This document shows, piece after piece, positions 40,388 through 51,883 of a DNA stretch of 64,000 nt (the first letter of the stretch is position 1; each line of letters begins with the position of its first letter). Both the position numbers and the translations under genes were made by a program. The DNA is from Alphaproteobacteria bacterium (GTDB taxonomy: Bacteria; Pseudomonadota; Alphaproteobacteria; UBA828): contig CAXXVO010000009.1 in assembly GCA_963422645.2 (NCBI GenBank), forward strand, positions 288,001-352,000. The letters are read 5' to 3'. A model generated the notes under the pieces. It ran no database searches. It was not told where the DNA came from and saw only the letters and a program-made list of their open reading frames with translations.

Positions 40388-42454
40388 TTGAGCCAGTATC
40401 AGGTCTCGATTGACATCGGCGGGACCTTTACCGACTGCGTGGTCTCGGACGGCGCGCGGCGCGCGGTGGTCAAGGCGCCGTCGACGCCGCCCGCGTTCGA
40501 GCGGGGCTTCATGGACGCGCTGGCGCTCGCCGCCCGCGCCTTCGACAGCGATCTCAAGGTCTTCCTCTCCCAGACCCAGCGCATCGTGCACGGCACCACC
40601 GTCGCCACCAACGCGCTGGTGGAGGGGCGCACCGGCACGGTCGGGCTGATCTGCACCGCCGGCCACCCGGACGTGCTGACCCTGCGCGAGGCGCCGCGCA
40701 AGCGCGCCTTCGACTGGCGCCTCGACTATCCCCGGCCCTTCGTCCCCCGCAGCCGCACCTTCGAGGTGCGCGGCCGGATCGACGCGCGCGGCAACGAGAT
40801 CGCGCCGCTGGTTGAAGAGGACGTGCACGCCGCCCTAAAGCACTTCAAGCGCTGCCCGGTGGATGCCATCGCCGTCGGTCTGCTCTGGTCCGTGGTCGAG
40901 CCTGCGCACGAGCGCCGGGTGGGCGAGATCGTGGCCGAACTCTGGCCCGAGGTGCCGGTGACGCTCAGCCACGCGCTCAACCCGATCCCGCGCGAATACC
41001 GCCGCACCATCGCGACCGCCATCGACGCCTCGCTGCACGCCATCGTGCCCGCCTATCTCGGCCGGTTGGAGGGCGCGGTGCGCGAGGCGGGATTTGGCGG
41101 CACTCTGCTGGTCGCCAACGGCCAGGGCGGCATGATGACGGTGGGCGAGATCGCCGCGCGCCCGATCCACGCGGTGATGAGCGGGCCGACACTCGCCCCC
41201 ATCGCCGCGCTGGCGCTTACGGACGAGTCCGACATCGTCGTCATCGACATGGGCGGCACGACCTTCGACGTGTCCGCCATCCGCGCCCGCGCGCTGATCC
41301 GCACCACCGAGGCGCCGATCATGGACGACCTGCTGGGGCTGCCCAAGATCGACGTGCGCTCGGTGGGCGCGGGCGGCGGCAGCATCGCCTGGGTCGATTC
41401 CGGCGGCTTGCTGCGCGTGGGGCCGGTGAGCGCCGGCGCCGATCCGGGCCCTGCGGCCTACGGGCGGGGTGGCGTGCGGCCCACCGTGACCGACGCCAAC
41501 CTGGTGCTGGGGCTGCTCGACCCCGATTACTTCCTGGGCGGCCGGTTGCCCCTCGACGCGCAGGCTGCGCACCGCGCCGTCGGCAGGGTGGCGGACGCGC
41601 TCGGGCTGGCGGAGGCGGAGGCGGCCTATGCGATCCACGTCACCAGCAACGAGAACATGATCGCCGCGATCGAGGACATTACCGTCAACGAGGGCATCGA
41701 CCCGCGCGAGAGTTTCCTGGTGGCGGGCGGGGGCGCGACCGCGTGCCACATCGGCGAGATGGCACAGGCCCTGGGCATCGAGCGCTTCATGGTGCCGGGG
41801 GTTGCTGCGGGGCTGAGCGCCTTCGGCGGGCTGGTCACGGACATCAGAGGCGAGGAGGCCGCGACGCTCCACACCAGCAACCGAAACTTCGCGCTCGATG
41901 CGGTCAACCGCACGCTCGCGGCGCTCTACGAACGCGCGCGGCGCTTCCTCGAGCGCGCCGGGGTGCCGGCGGCGGAACGCCGTTACGAATACGCCTTCCA
42001 AGCCCGCTACAAGTATCAGTCCTGGGAGATCGAGGCGCCCTTCGAGCCGGCGGATGGTGCGCTCGGCGCAGACGACGTGCCGGCGCTCTCGGACGCGTTC
42101 CACGCCATGCACGAGCGCATCCACACCATCCGCGAAGACGACGGCGAGGTCGAGTTCACCACCTGGACCGTGCGCGCCATCGGCACCGGGAGCGGCACCG
42201 CCACGGCAGCGGGACGGGCTGCCGCGCACCCCAGCGGGCGACTGCCGGAGCGAGGCACGCGCAGCGTCTTCCTCGGCGAGGAGCGGGCCTTCCGTGTGCT
42301 TCCGGTCTATGACGGCAACCTGCCGCCTGCGGGCGCCGAGGTTGCGGGCCCCGCCCTGATCGACAGCGATACGACCACCATTCTGCTGCTCGCCGGCCAG
42401 CGGGCGCGCACCGACGCAGGCAGCAACTTCCATATCGACACCGGCGGCGCTTGA
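40388..42454 (+). CDS. Hydantoinase A / 5-oxoprolinase family subunit
   Basis: IDIGGTFTD, HGTTVATN, DMGGTTFD, GAGGGS, GP.SAGADPGP. Confidence 0.9.
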   Translation: MSQYQVSIDIGGTFTDCVVSDGARRAVVKAPSTPPAFERGFMDALALAARAFDSDLKVFLSQTQRIVHGTTVATNALVEGRTGTVGLICTAGHPDVLTLREAPRKRAFDWRLDYPRPFVPRSRTFEVRGRIDARGNEIAPLVEEDVHAALKHFKRCPVDAIAVGLLWSVVEPAHERRVGEIVAELWPEVPVTLSHALNPIPREYRRTIATAIDASLHAIVPAYLGRLEGAVREAGFGGTLLVANGQGGMMTVGEIAARPIHAVMSGPTLAPIAALALTDESDIVVIDMGGTTFDVSAIRARALIRTTEAPIMDDLLGLPKIDVRSVGAGGGSIAWVDSGGLLRVGPVSAGADPGPAAYGRGGVRPTVTDANLVLGLLDPDYFLGGRLPLDAQAAHRAVGRVADALGLAEAEAAYAIHVTSNENMIAAIEDITVNEGIDPRESFLVAGGGATACHIGEMAQALGIERFMVPGVAAGLSAFGGLVTDIRGEEAATLHTSNRNFALDAVNRTLAALYERARRFLERAGVPAAERRYEYAFQARYKYQSWEIEAPFEPADGALGADDVPALSDAFHAMHERIHTIREDDGEVEFTTWTVRAIGTGSGTATAAGRAAAHPSGRLPERGTRSVFLGEERAFRVLPVYDGNLPPAGAEVAGPALIDSDTTTILLLAGQRARTDAGSNFHIDTGGA

Positions 42455-42464
42455 GGGCACCGGC

Positions 42465-44243
42465 ATGACAGAAACGCCCGAACGCTTCGACCCGCTGCTG
42501 ATGGCGGTGCTCTCGCGCCGGCTGGAAGCGATCATCCGCGAGATGAGCAACACGGTGATGCGCGCATCGCGCTCGGCCGTCATCACCAACGCGCGCGATA
42601 TGTCCTGCGGCATCCTCACCTACGACCACCGGCTGATCTGCGTCGAGGAGGCGATGCCGATCCACGTCAGCGCGCTGGAGCTCACGACCCGGCCGATCAC
42701 CGAGCTCTTCGACGACGTGAAGGAGGGCGACGCCTTCTTCAACAACAGCCCCTATCACGGGGTCACGCACCACGCCGACATGACCCTCTGCGTGCCGGTC
42801 TTCGCCGACGGCGAGCCGCTCTTCTGGGTGCTCTCGCGCTCGCATCACGCCGATGTCGGCGCGCCGGAGCCCACCACCTACCTGCCCTATGCCGCAACGC
42901 TCTATCAGGAGGGCGTGCACTTCCCCTGCGTGCGGATTCAGGAGGGGCGCGAGGACAAGGCGGACATCGTGCGCATCGGGCTGCAGAAGATCCGCGCCCC
43001 CCACGTCTGGTACGGCGACTACCGCGCGCAAGTAGGCGCCTGCCGGATCGGCGAGCGCAGACTCGAGGCTCTGGTCGAGCACTACGGCATCGAGACCGTG
43101 CGCGCCTTCGTCGAGGCGTGGATGGACTATGGCGCGCGCCGGGCGGCGGCGGCGATCCGCGCGCTTCCCGCCGGCACCTGGCGCTACACCTGCAGCCACG
43201 ACCCGATCCCCGGCGTCGCGGAAGAGGGCATCCCGGTCACGGCCAAGGTCACGGTCGAGCCCGAGGAAGGCTTCATCACCGTGGACCTCCGCGACAACCC
43301 GGACTGCGTGCCGGGCGGGGTGAATCTCTCGGAGGCCTGCGCCGCGGGCTCATGCCGGATCGGCGTCTTCTACAACCTCGACCCGACGATCCCGCACAAC
43401 GAGGGCAGCGCGAGCCGCATCAGGGTGCTGCTGCGGGACGGCTGCGTGGTGGGGCGGCCGACCTTCCCGGCGGGCACTTCGGTCGCCACCACCAACGTCA
43501 ACGACCGGCTCATCAACGCCGTGCAGTGCTGCTTCGCGCAGATCGGCGCGCCTCACGGGCTTGCGGAAGGGGGCGGCAACATGTCCGCCGGCCTCGGCGT
43601 GGTTTCAGGAATCGACGACCGGGACGGCAAGGCAGTGCCCTACGTCAACCAGTTCTGCGTCGGGCTCTCGGGCGGCCCCGGCACCTACGGGCACGACGGC
43701 TGGCTCACCTACGAGGCGCCGGACGGCGGCGGCGTGCTGGTGATCGATTCGATCGAGATCGACGAGGCGCAGTATCCGATCCTGATGGAGGAGCGCCGCA
43801 TCGCTCCGGACACCATGGGCGCAGGGTGCTGGAACGGCGCGCCGGCAACCCAGGGCGCCTACCGCTCCCTCGCCGGCCCGGTCTCGGTCTTCTATTGCAG
43901 CGACGGCGATCTCAACCCGGCGCAGGGAGTCCTCGGCGGCGCGGCGGGCGCGCCCTCGCTCAACCGCAAGCGGGAAACGGACGGCACCTTCCGCACTCTC
44001 CCCTCCTTCCACGAAGAAGGGCTGAGCCCCGACGAGGCAATCCACTACCGCACCGTCGCCGGCGGCGGCTACGGCGACCCGGCCGAACGAGACCCCGCTG
44101 CGGTCGCCGAGGATGTCGCACGCGGCTGGCTCAGCATCGAGAGTGCTTTGAGCGTCTACAAGGTTGCGCTGGTCCGCGCCGAGAACGGCATCGATATCGT
44201 CGTCGACGAGGAGAGGACCCGCCTGCTCCGCGCCTGGGCCTGA
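42465..44243 (+). CDS. Hydantoinase B / oxoprolinase family subunit
   Basis: EM...RASRS, NNSPYHG.TH..D, HHADVG, GGGYGDP. Confidence 0.9.
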   Translation: MTETPERFDPLLMAVLSRRLEAIIREMSNTVMRASRSAVITNARDMSCGILTYDHRLICVEEAMPIHVSALELTTRPITELFDDVKEGDAFFNNSPYHGVTHHADMTLCVPVFADGEPLFWVLSRSHHADVGAPEPTTYLPYAATLYQEGVHFPCVRIQEGREDKADIVRIGLQKIRAPHVWYGDYRAQVGACRIGERRLEALVEHYGIETVRAFVEAWMDYGARRAAAAIRALPAGTWRYTCSHDPIPGVAEEGIPVTAKVTVEPEEGFITVDLRDNPDCVPGGVNLSEACAAGSCRIGVFYNLDPTIPHNEGSASRIRVLLRDGCVVGRPTFPAGTSVATTNVNDRLINAVQCCFAQIGAPHGLAEGGGNMSAGLGVVSGIDDRDGKAVPYVNQFCVGLSGGPGTYGHDGWLTYEAPDGGGVLVIDSIEIDEAQYPILMEERRIAPDTMGAGCWNGAPATQGAYRSLAGPVSVFYCSDGDLNPAQGVLGGAAGAPSLNRKRETDGTFRTLPSFHEEGLSPDEAIHYRTVAGGGYGDPAERDPAAVAEDVARGWLSIESALSVYKVALVRAENGIDIVVDEERTRLLRAWA

Positions 44244-44343
44244 AAACGGCGGGGCGGGGTGCCGGCCGGCGCGCTTTCTGCCAAGATGCGCGCCCGCGCG
44301 GCTCCGGCCGCAGCGGGCGGCTTCCCAGCAACGGACAAGTAAC

Positions 44344-46008
44344 ATGCACGGGCGCGACGTCTTCATGGAGAGCCTGCTGGCGCACGGGGTCCAGCACCTC
44401 TTCGGCAACCCCGGTACCACCGAGAGCCCGCTGATCGACAGCCTGGCGCGCTATCCGGGGATCGACTACGTGCTCACGCTGCACGAGGGCGTCGCCATCG
44501 GCGCCGCGAGCTACTATGCCCAGGCCTGTGGCCGTGCCGGGGTGGTGAACCTGCACGTCGCACCCGGCCTCGGCAACGCCATCGGCATGATCTTCGGCGC
44601 GCTCCGCACCAACTCGCCCATGGTGGTGACGGCCGGGCAGCAGGACACGCGGCTTCGCCTGCGCGATCCCATCCTGGGCCACGACCTGGTGGCCATGGCG
44701 GCGCCGGTGGTGAAATGGAGCGCGCAGGCCGAGAGCGCCGACGAGATTGCGCCCATCATGCGGCGCGCCTTCAAGATCGCCCACGATGCGCCCTCGGGCC
44801 CGGTCTTCGTCGCGCTGCCCATCAACGTGATGGAGCAGCAGACCGAGGTCGCCGCGCGTGCCGCCGGCCCGCTCTACCGCGCGCCGCCGCCGGATCCGGC
44901 GGGCGTCGCCGCCATGGCCCGGCACCTGCTGGCCGCGAACGAGCCCGCGATCATGATCGGCGACGATGTCGCGCGCACAGGCGCCGGCGAGGCCCTGGTC
45001 GCGCTGGCCGAGGCGACCGGCGCCGGCATCTGGACCGAGTTGATCCACCAGCACCAGCCGGTGCCCAACATGCACCCCAACTACCGGGGCCGCATCCCCG
45101 CCGACCCCGCCAACATCGCGAAGACCTTCGGCGGGGCGGACGCGGTGCTCATGGTGGGCGGCCCCTTCTTCGAGGAGGTCTGGTACGCGCCGGAGGGGCC
45201 CTTCCCGCCCGGTGCGACGGTGCTGCAGATCGAGGAATCGACGGTGCGGCTCGCCCGCAACCACGGCCTCGATGCGGGCCTGATCGCGGGCCTCACGCCC
45301 GCGCTGGAGGCGCTCTGCGCGCAGGTGGAGGAGGAGCGCTCGGACACCTACGCCGCAGCAGCAGCCGAGCGGAACGAGCGCTTGGCGGCGCTGCACGAGG
45401 AGGAGCGGGCCGACCGGCGCGCCCGCCTTGACGCCATCTCCGAGCGGCGGCCCATGCCGGTGCCGATCATGCTGGAAGCGCTGGCGGCGGCGGTGCCCGA
45501 CGACGTGGTGATCGTGGAAGAAGCCATCACGGGCAGCCCCGAGATTCCCAAGGCCTTCAGCTTCGGCGGGCACGGGGACTACTTCTGCGGCCGCGGCGGC
45601 GGCATCGGCCAGGGGATCGCCGGCGCCCTCGGCGTCAAGCTCGCGATGCCGGAGCGCCCGATGGTGTGCCTCTCCGGCGACGGCTCGGCGATGTACAGCA
45701 TCCAGGCGCTCTGGACCGCGGCGCACCACCGGCTGCCGATCGTCTTCGTGATCCTCGCCAATGCCGAGTACCGCATCCTCAAGCACAACCTCGACATCTA
45801 CCGGCGGCGCTTCGACGTCGCCACGAACCATCCCTACGTGCAAATGGACCTGGTCGATCCCCCACTGGGCTTCGTCGAGATGGCGGCCGGGATGGGCGTC
45901 GCCGGCACCCGCGTCACCGAGCCGGACGAGCTGGCTGCGGCGGTGCAGAGTGCCCTCGCCGCAGGCGAGCCCTACCTGATCGAGGCCGCGGTCGAGGGCA
46001 AGATTTAG
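44344..46008 (+). CDS. TPP-dependent enzyme, benzoylformate decarboxylase-like
   Basis: FGNPGTTE, NLHVAPGLGN, GDGSAMYSIQALW..N. Confidence 0.85.
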   Translation: MHGRDVFMESLLAHGVQHLFGNPGTTESPLIDSLARYPGIDYVLTLHEGVAIGAASYYAQACGRAGVVNLHVAPGLGNAIGMIFGALRTNSPMVVTAGQQDTRLRLRDPILGHDLVAMAAPVVKWSAQAESADEIAPIMRRAFKIAHDAPSGPVFVALPINVMEQQTEVAARAAGPLYRAPPPDPAGVAAMARHLLAANEPAIMIGDDVARTGAGEALVALAEATGAGIWTELIHQHQPVPNMHPNYRGRIPADPANIAKTFGGADAVLMVGGPFFEEVWYAPEGPFPPGATVLQIEESTVRLARNHGLDAGLIAGLTPALEALCAQVEEERSDTYAAAAAERNERLAALHEEERADRRARLDAISERRPMPVPIMLEALAAAVPDDVVIVEEAITGSPEIPKAFSFGGHGDYFCGRGGGIGQGIAGALGVKLAMPERPMVCLSGDGSAMYSIQALWTAAHHRLPIVFVILANAEYRILKHNLDIYRRRFDVATNHPYVQMDLVDPPLGFVEMAAGMGVAGTRVTEPDELAAAVQSALAAGEPYLIEAAVEGKI

Positions 46009-46053
46009 CCCCCCTTACCAAGGCCTTTATCCAGCCGCGCGCCACCCCCTTCA

Positions 46054-46148
46054 CGTCATGGCCGGGCTTGTCCCGGCCATCCACGTGTTTGCCCGGGGTC
46101 CGGTGTGCCTGGCTGAGGGAGATGCCCGGAACGAGTCCGGGCATGACG
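46054..46148. repeat. Alphaproteobacterial REP-like palindromic element
   Basis: CGTCATGGCCGGGCTTGTCCCGGCCATCCAC...GATGCCCGGAACGAGTCCGGGCATGACG. Confidence 0.8.
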
Positions 46149-46299
46149 AGAGGAATTGGCGGGTCGGGTCTTGCGGAGCGCGCTGCCGGCCGCTCCTTGC
46201 TTGGCCCGCGGGCGATGACGCATACTCGCCAGCCGTGAGCCGGCGCCGGCGTGGCAAGGGTGCCGCACGGCGCTCCACAAGCCACTCAGGGAGATAACC

Positions 46300-47868
46300 A
46301 TGCATCCGAGAGCTGTTCTGGCAGCCGGCGTGCTCGGCGCGTTCGGTGTGGCCACGACGATGCCCGCCTTCGCGGAGACGGACTACGTCGCGAAGTACGG
46401 TATCAAGGAAGACATTCCGGGCCTCTGTTCCTACGCCTCGATCGACGCGAAGGACTATAGCGGCCACGAGATCACCATTCTGACCCACGCCGTGCCGGTG
46501 ATGGGAGAGCCGGTGGCGCTGCACTCCAAGCAGTTCGAGGAGCTGACCGGCGGCACGGTCAACGTGGTGCACGCCCCCTTCGGCGAGCTCTACCAGAAGG
46601 TGATGATCCCCTTCCAGACCGGCCAGCACGTCTACGACATCGTCTACGGCGGCTCCTACTGGATCGGCGACTGGGCGCCGCACCTGGCGCCGGTGCCCCA
46701 GAAATATCTCGATACCGACGAGATGAAGGACATCACGCCGTCCTATCAGGGTGTCGCCAGCTGGAACGGCCAGCGCCTGCAGTACACCTTCGACGGCGAC
46801 CGGAACTATTTTAAGTACATCCTGCCGCCCTTCGAGGACGCGGAGAACCAGGCCAAGTTCAAGGCCGAGTACGGCCGCGACCTCGCAGTGCCGACGACCT
46901 GGGAAGAGTACGCCGAGGTCGCCACCTTCTTCAGCGGCTGGGACTGGGACGGCGACGGCGAGCTGGAGTACGGCTCGACCGAGATCGTCAAGCGCGACGA
47001 CGTGGCCTTCGCCAACTTCATCACCCGCGTCGCGTCCTACGCCAAGAACCCCAACGTCACCGGCGGCTTCTGGTTCGATCTCGAGACCATGACCCCGCAA
47101 ATCAACAACCCGGGCTTCGTCAAGGGGCTCGAGATGTGGATGGACGCGCTGCGCTATATGCCGCCCGGCGGGATCAACTTCGGCATCGGCGACGAGATCT
47201 TCTCATGGGGCGGCGGCGAGTCGCTGATGAGCGTCACCTGGGACGATGCCTTCATCCAGGCGATGCAGCCGGATTCGCCGATCCGCAACAAGATCCGCGT
47301 CGGCACCCAGTACGGCCCCTCCATGGGCTCGCACAAGGTGTGGAACCGCGACAGCGGCCAGTGGGACGAGTTCGAGACCCCGTCCGTCGCGCCCTACGTG
47401 ACCTGGGGCTGGGGCGCCGGCGTCTCCAAGTACAGCGAAGAGCAGGAAATGGCGTTCGACTGGTTCTGCTTCTTCTCGAACTACGCCAACACCAACCACG
47501 ACCTGCTGATCGGCCGCTTCGGCGTCAACCCCTTCCGCACCAGCCACATGGACCCCAACTACTGGGAACAGGAAGCCGGCTGGGATCGCGCGGTGGCGGT
47601 GAGCTTCACCGACATGCTGCAGGGCATGGACACGAGCACCAACCGGGTCTTCGACCTGCGCGTGCCCGGCGTCAACCAGTTCTACATCGCCATGATGGCG
47701 AGCGTCGCCAAGGCGATGGCCGGCGAGATGACGGCCCAAGCCGCGCTCGACGAGGTCGCGGAGGAATGGACCCGCATCGCCGACCGGATCGGTGTCGACG
47801 CGATCCGCGATGCCTACAAGAACGTCGTCGCGCTCGAGGACAACGTTTCGCTGGATCAGGTCAAGTAG
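46300..47868 (+). CDS. CUT1 ABC transporter substrate-binding protein
   Basis: Signal peptide, FEELTG..V, PTTWEEY; first gene of an ABC operon. Confidence 0.85.
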   Translation: MHPRAVLAAGVLGAFGVATTMPAFAETDYVAKYGIKEDIPGLCSYASIDAKDYSGHEITILTHAVPVMGEPVALHSKQFEELTGGTVNVVHAPFGELYQKVMIPFQTGQHVYDIVYGGSYWIGDWAPHLAPVPQKYLDTDEMKDITPSYQGVASWNGQRLQYTFDGDRNYFKYILPPFEDAENQAKFKAEYGRDLAVPTTWEEYAEVATFFSGWDWDGDGELEYGSTEIVKRDDVAFANFITRVASYAKNPNVTGGFWFDLETMTPQINNPGFVKGLEMWMDALRYMPPGGINFGIGDEIFSWGGGESLMSVTWDDAFIQAMQPDSPIRNKIRVGTQYGPSMGSHKVWNRDSGQWDEFETPSVAPYVTWGWGAGVSKYSEEQEMAFDWFCFFSNYANTNHDLLIGRFGVNPFRTSHMDPNYWEQEAGWDRAVAVSFTDMLQGMDTSTNRVFDLRVPGVNQFYIAMMASVAKAMAGEMTAQAALDEVAEEWTRIADRIGVDAIRDAYKNVVALEDNVSLDQVK

Positions 47869-47910
47869 GACCGGCGAACATCGAGACCGACGGCAGGTTA
47901 CGCATGAGGA

Positions 47911-47936
47911 GACCGGCGGGCTGAGGCCCGCCGGTC
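47911..47936. terminator. Intercistronic hairpin after the SBP gene
   Basis: gaccggcgggc-tgag-gcccgccggtc. Confidence 0.5.
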
Positions 47937-47951
47937 GTTCTTCGCCCGGCC

Positions 47952-48836
47952 ATGCTGGACTCTCGCTACAAGTATATCTTTCTGCTCCCGGCGCTGTTCG
48001 CGCTGCTTGCGATCATCATCTTTCCGCTCATCTACACGGTGCGCCTCAGCTTCTCCGGCTGGGACGTGAACTTCCCCGAACTCGATTCCGTGGGCTGGGA
48101 CAACTACGCCCGCGCCATCGCCGACGGCCGCTTCTGGGATTCCATGGGCACCCTCTATCTGATGGTGCTCTTCTGCATCGTCTTCGAATACCTGCTGGGC
48201 TTCGCGCTCGCGCTCATGCTGTGGAAGGACGTGCGCGCCGGGCGCTTCTTCCGTGTGCTCTTCATCGTGCCGATGTGCGTGACGCCGGTGGTGATGGCGG
48301 TGGTCTGGCGCACCATCTTTCACGAGACCCTGGGGCCCCTGAACGACGTGCTGAGCTGGTTCGGCATCCCGGGCGTGCCATGGCTGAGCAAGTCCGGCCC
48401 CGCCTTCGCCGCGGTCATCATCATCGACGTCTGGCAGTGGACCTCCTTCATGTTCATCCTGCTGCTCGCAGGGCTCATGTCGCTGCCGCGCGAGCCCTAC
48501 GAGGCTGCCCAGATCGACGGCGCAGGGCCGATCCGCACCTTCGTCCACGTGACCTTCCCGCTGATGGCGCCGATCACGCTGGGCGCGCTGATCATCCGCC
48601 TGATCGAATCGTCCAAGCTGATGGAGACCATCTACGCGCTGACCTCCGGCGGCCCTGGCTCGTCGACCGAAACCACGAGCTATCTGCTCTACATCCGGGG
48701 GCTGCGGGAGTTTCAGATCGGCTACACCGCCTCGCTCTCGATCATCTATCTGGTGATCATGATCGTCGCGCTGACCATCTTCGCCCGCCTGTTGAGCCGC
48801 CTCATGATCGGCCGTCAGGGGCCGGTGCGCGCATGA
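47952..48836 (+). CDS. Carbohydrate ABC permease (MalF-like)
   Basis: DVWQWT, EAAQIDGA loop. Confidence 0.9.
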   Translation: MLDSRYKYIFLLPALFALLAIIIFPLIYTVRLSFSGWDVNFPELDSVGWDNYARAIADGRFWDSMGTLYLMVLFCIVFEYLLGFALALMLWKDVRAGRFFRVLFIVPMCVTPVVMAVVWRTIFHETLGPLNDVLSWFGIPGVPWLSKSGPAFAAVIIIDVWQWTSFMFILLLAGLMSLPREPYEAAQIDGAGPIRTFVHVTFPLMAPITLGALIIRLIESSKLMETIYALTSGGPGSSTETTSYLLYIRGLREFQIGYTASLSIIYLVIMIVALTIFARLLSRLMIGRQGPVRA

Positions 48837-48855
48837 ACCCGCGTCCGGAGGCATC

Positions 48856-49719
48856 ATGACCGGGCGCAGGGCCGACCTCTACCGGGTGCTCAAGTACGCC
48901 GCGCTCATCGCCTGGGCGGTCTTCGTGGTCGCGCCCTTCCTGTGGGCGCTGTCCACCTCGTTCAAGAGCGACCCCGGCGTGGTCGGCGGCGCGACCTACA
49001 TCCCCTTCCTCGAATACGAGCCCTCGGTCGAGGGTTGGACATCGCTCTTCCGCGATACCAGCTCGGGCGGCATCAGCATGCAGGGGCCCTACCTTTCCAG
49101 CCTGGTGGTGAGCCTGATCTCGACCGGGATCGCGCTCTTCCTCGGCACCCTCGCGGCCTACGGACTCTCGCGCTTCACCTTCCGCGCCGGTCCGCTCGGC
49201 AACAACGACATCACCTTCTTCTTCATCTCCCAGCGCATCATGCCGCCGGCGGTGCTCGCGATCCCCTACTTCCTGCTGCTGCGCTTCACCGGCCTGCTCG
49301 ATACCCACCTCGGGCTGATCCTGGTCTACGTCGCCATGCTGCTGCCCATCGTGGTCTGGGTGATGGTGGATTTCTTCAACACCGTGCCCATCGAGCTCGA
49401 CGAGGCGGCGCTGATCGACGGCTGCAACCCGATCCAGGCGTTCTACCGGATCATCCTGCCCAACTGCGCGCCGGGCATGGTGGTGGCGACGCTGCTCTGC
49501 ATCATCTTCTCGTGGAGCGACTTCTTCTTCGCGCTGACTCTCACCTTCGCCAAGGTGCAGCTGCTGCCGCCCACCATCGTGATCCTGAATTCGAACAAGG
49601 TGCCGTGGTGGAGTCTGAGCGCGTCCGCGCTGGTCTCGGTGCTGCCGCTGGTCATCATCGCGTTCGTACTGGAGCGCTACCTCGCGCGCGGCACGCTCGC
49701 CGGCGTGATCCGGGAGTAG
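48856..49719 (+). CDS. Carbohydrate ABC permease (MalG-like)
   Basis: AAYGLSRF, ELDEAALIDG. Confidence 0.9.
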   Translation: MTGRRADLYRVLKYAALIAWAVFVVAPFLWALSTSFKSDPGVVGGATYIPFLEYEPSVEGWTSLFRDTSSGGISMQGPYLSSLVVSLISTGIALFLGTLAAYGLSRFTFRAGPLGNNDITFFFISQRIMPPAVLAIPYFLLLRFTGLLDTHLGLILVYVAMLLPIVVWVMVDFFNTVPIELDEAALIDGCNPIQAFYRIILPNCAPGMVVATLLCIIFSWSDFFFALTLTFAKVQLLPPTIVILNSNKVPWWSLSASALVSVLPLVIIAFVLERYLARGTLAGVIRE

Positions 49720-49723
49720 GCCC

Positions 49724-50805
<1,082 letters not shown>

Positions 50806-50809
<4 letters not shown>

Positions 50810-51849
50810 AGGCAGCGACGCTCCACGGTTACGACGAATCCCTCACCCAGTCCGAATTCGTGACTTTCGAGGATGTGGACGATCCGAAGATCACGAAGCC
50901 CACGGACGTGATCGTCCGCATCGGCGGCGCGGGCGTCTGCCGCACCGATCTCCACATCATCGAGGGCGTATGGAAGGGCCACGTGGATGTCGCCTTCCCC
51001 CACATCATGGGGCATGAGAACGCGGGCTGGGTGGAGGAGGTCGGCTCGGGCGTCGAAAGCGTCAAGGTCGGCGATCCGGTGATCTGCCATCCGCTGGTGA
51101 CCAGCGGCCACTGCCTCGCCTGCCGGCGCGGCAACGACATGCACGCGGGCGAGAGCAGCTTCCCCGGCATCAACGCGCCCGGCGGCTACGCCGACCTCCT
51201 GCACACCGGCGAGCGTGCACTGATCAAGCTGCCCCAGAGCCTCGCGCCCAAGGATGTGGCGCCCTACACCGACGCAGGCCTCACCGCCTACCGCGTCGCC
51301 AAGAAAGCCGCACGCCATCTGGTGCCGGGCGAGTACGCCGTGGTCATCGGCGCCGGCGGTCTCGGCCATATCGGCATCCAGTCGCTCGCAGCGCTCTGCG
51401 CGGCCGAGATCATCGTGCTCGACCGCTCCGACCTCGCGCTGGGCCTCGCCAAGGAGTGCGGCGCCCACCACGTGGTGCGGGCCGACGACGGCGCGGTCGA
51501 CGAGGTGCTCTCGCTCACCGGCGGGCACGGCGCGGAGGCGGTGATCGACTTCGTCGGCGAGGGCGATGCCATCGACAAGGGCCTCGCCATGACCCGCAAC
51601 GACGGCTTCTACTACATCGTCGGCTACGGCGGGCGCGTCCAGATCCCGGCGATCGACATGATCGTCTCGGAGAAGACCATCGTCGGCAATCTGGTCGGCA
51701 CCTATGCCGAGCTGGTGGAGCTCATGGCGCTCGCCGACCGGGGGCTGGTGACGCTCGCCACCCGCGAATACGCGCTCGCCGACGCCAACCAGGCGCTGCA
51801 CGACCTCCATGCCGGAACGGTCAAGGGTCGCGCGGTGCTGATCCCCTGA
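50806..51849 (+). CDS. Zn-dependent NAD(P) alcohol dehydrogenase
   Basis: GVCRTDLH, GHENAG, S.HCLACRRG, DAGLTAY, GAGGLG. Confidence 0.9.
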
Positions 51850-51883
51850 GGGCACGCCCCAGGGGATATCGGCGGCGGATGGC

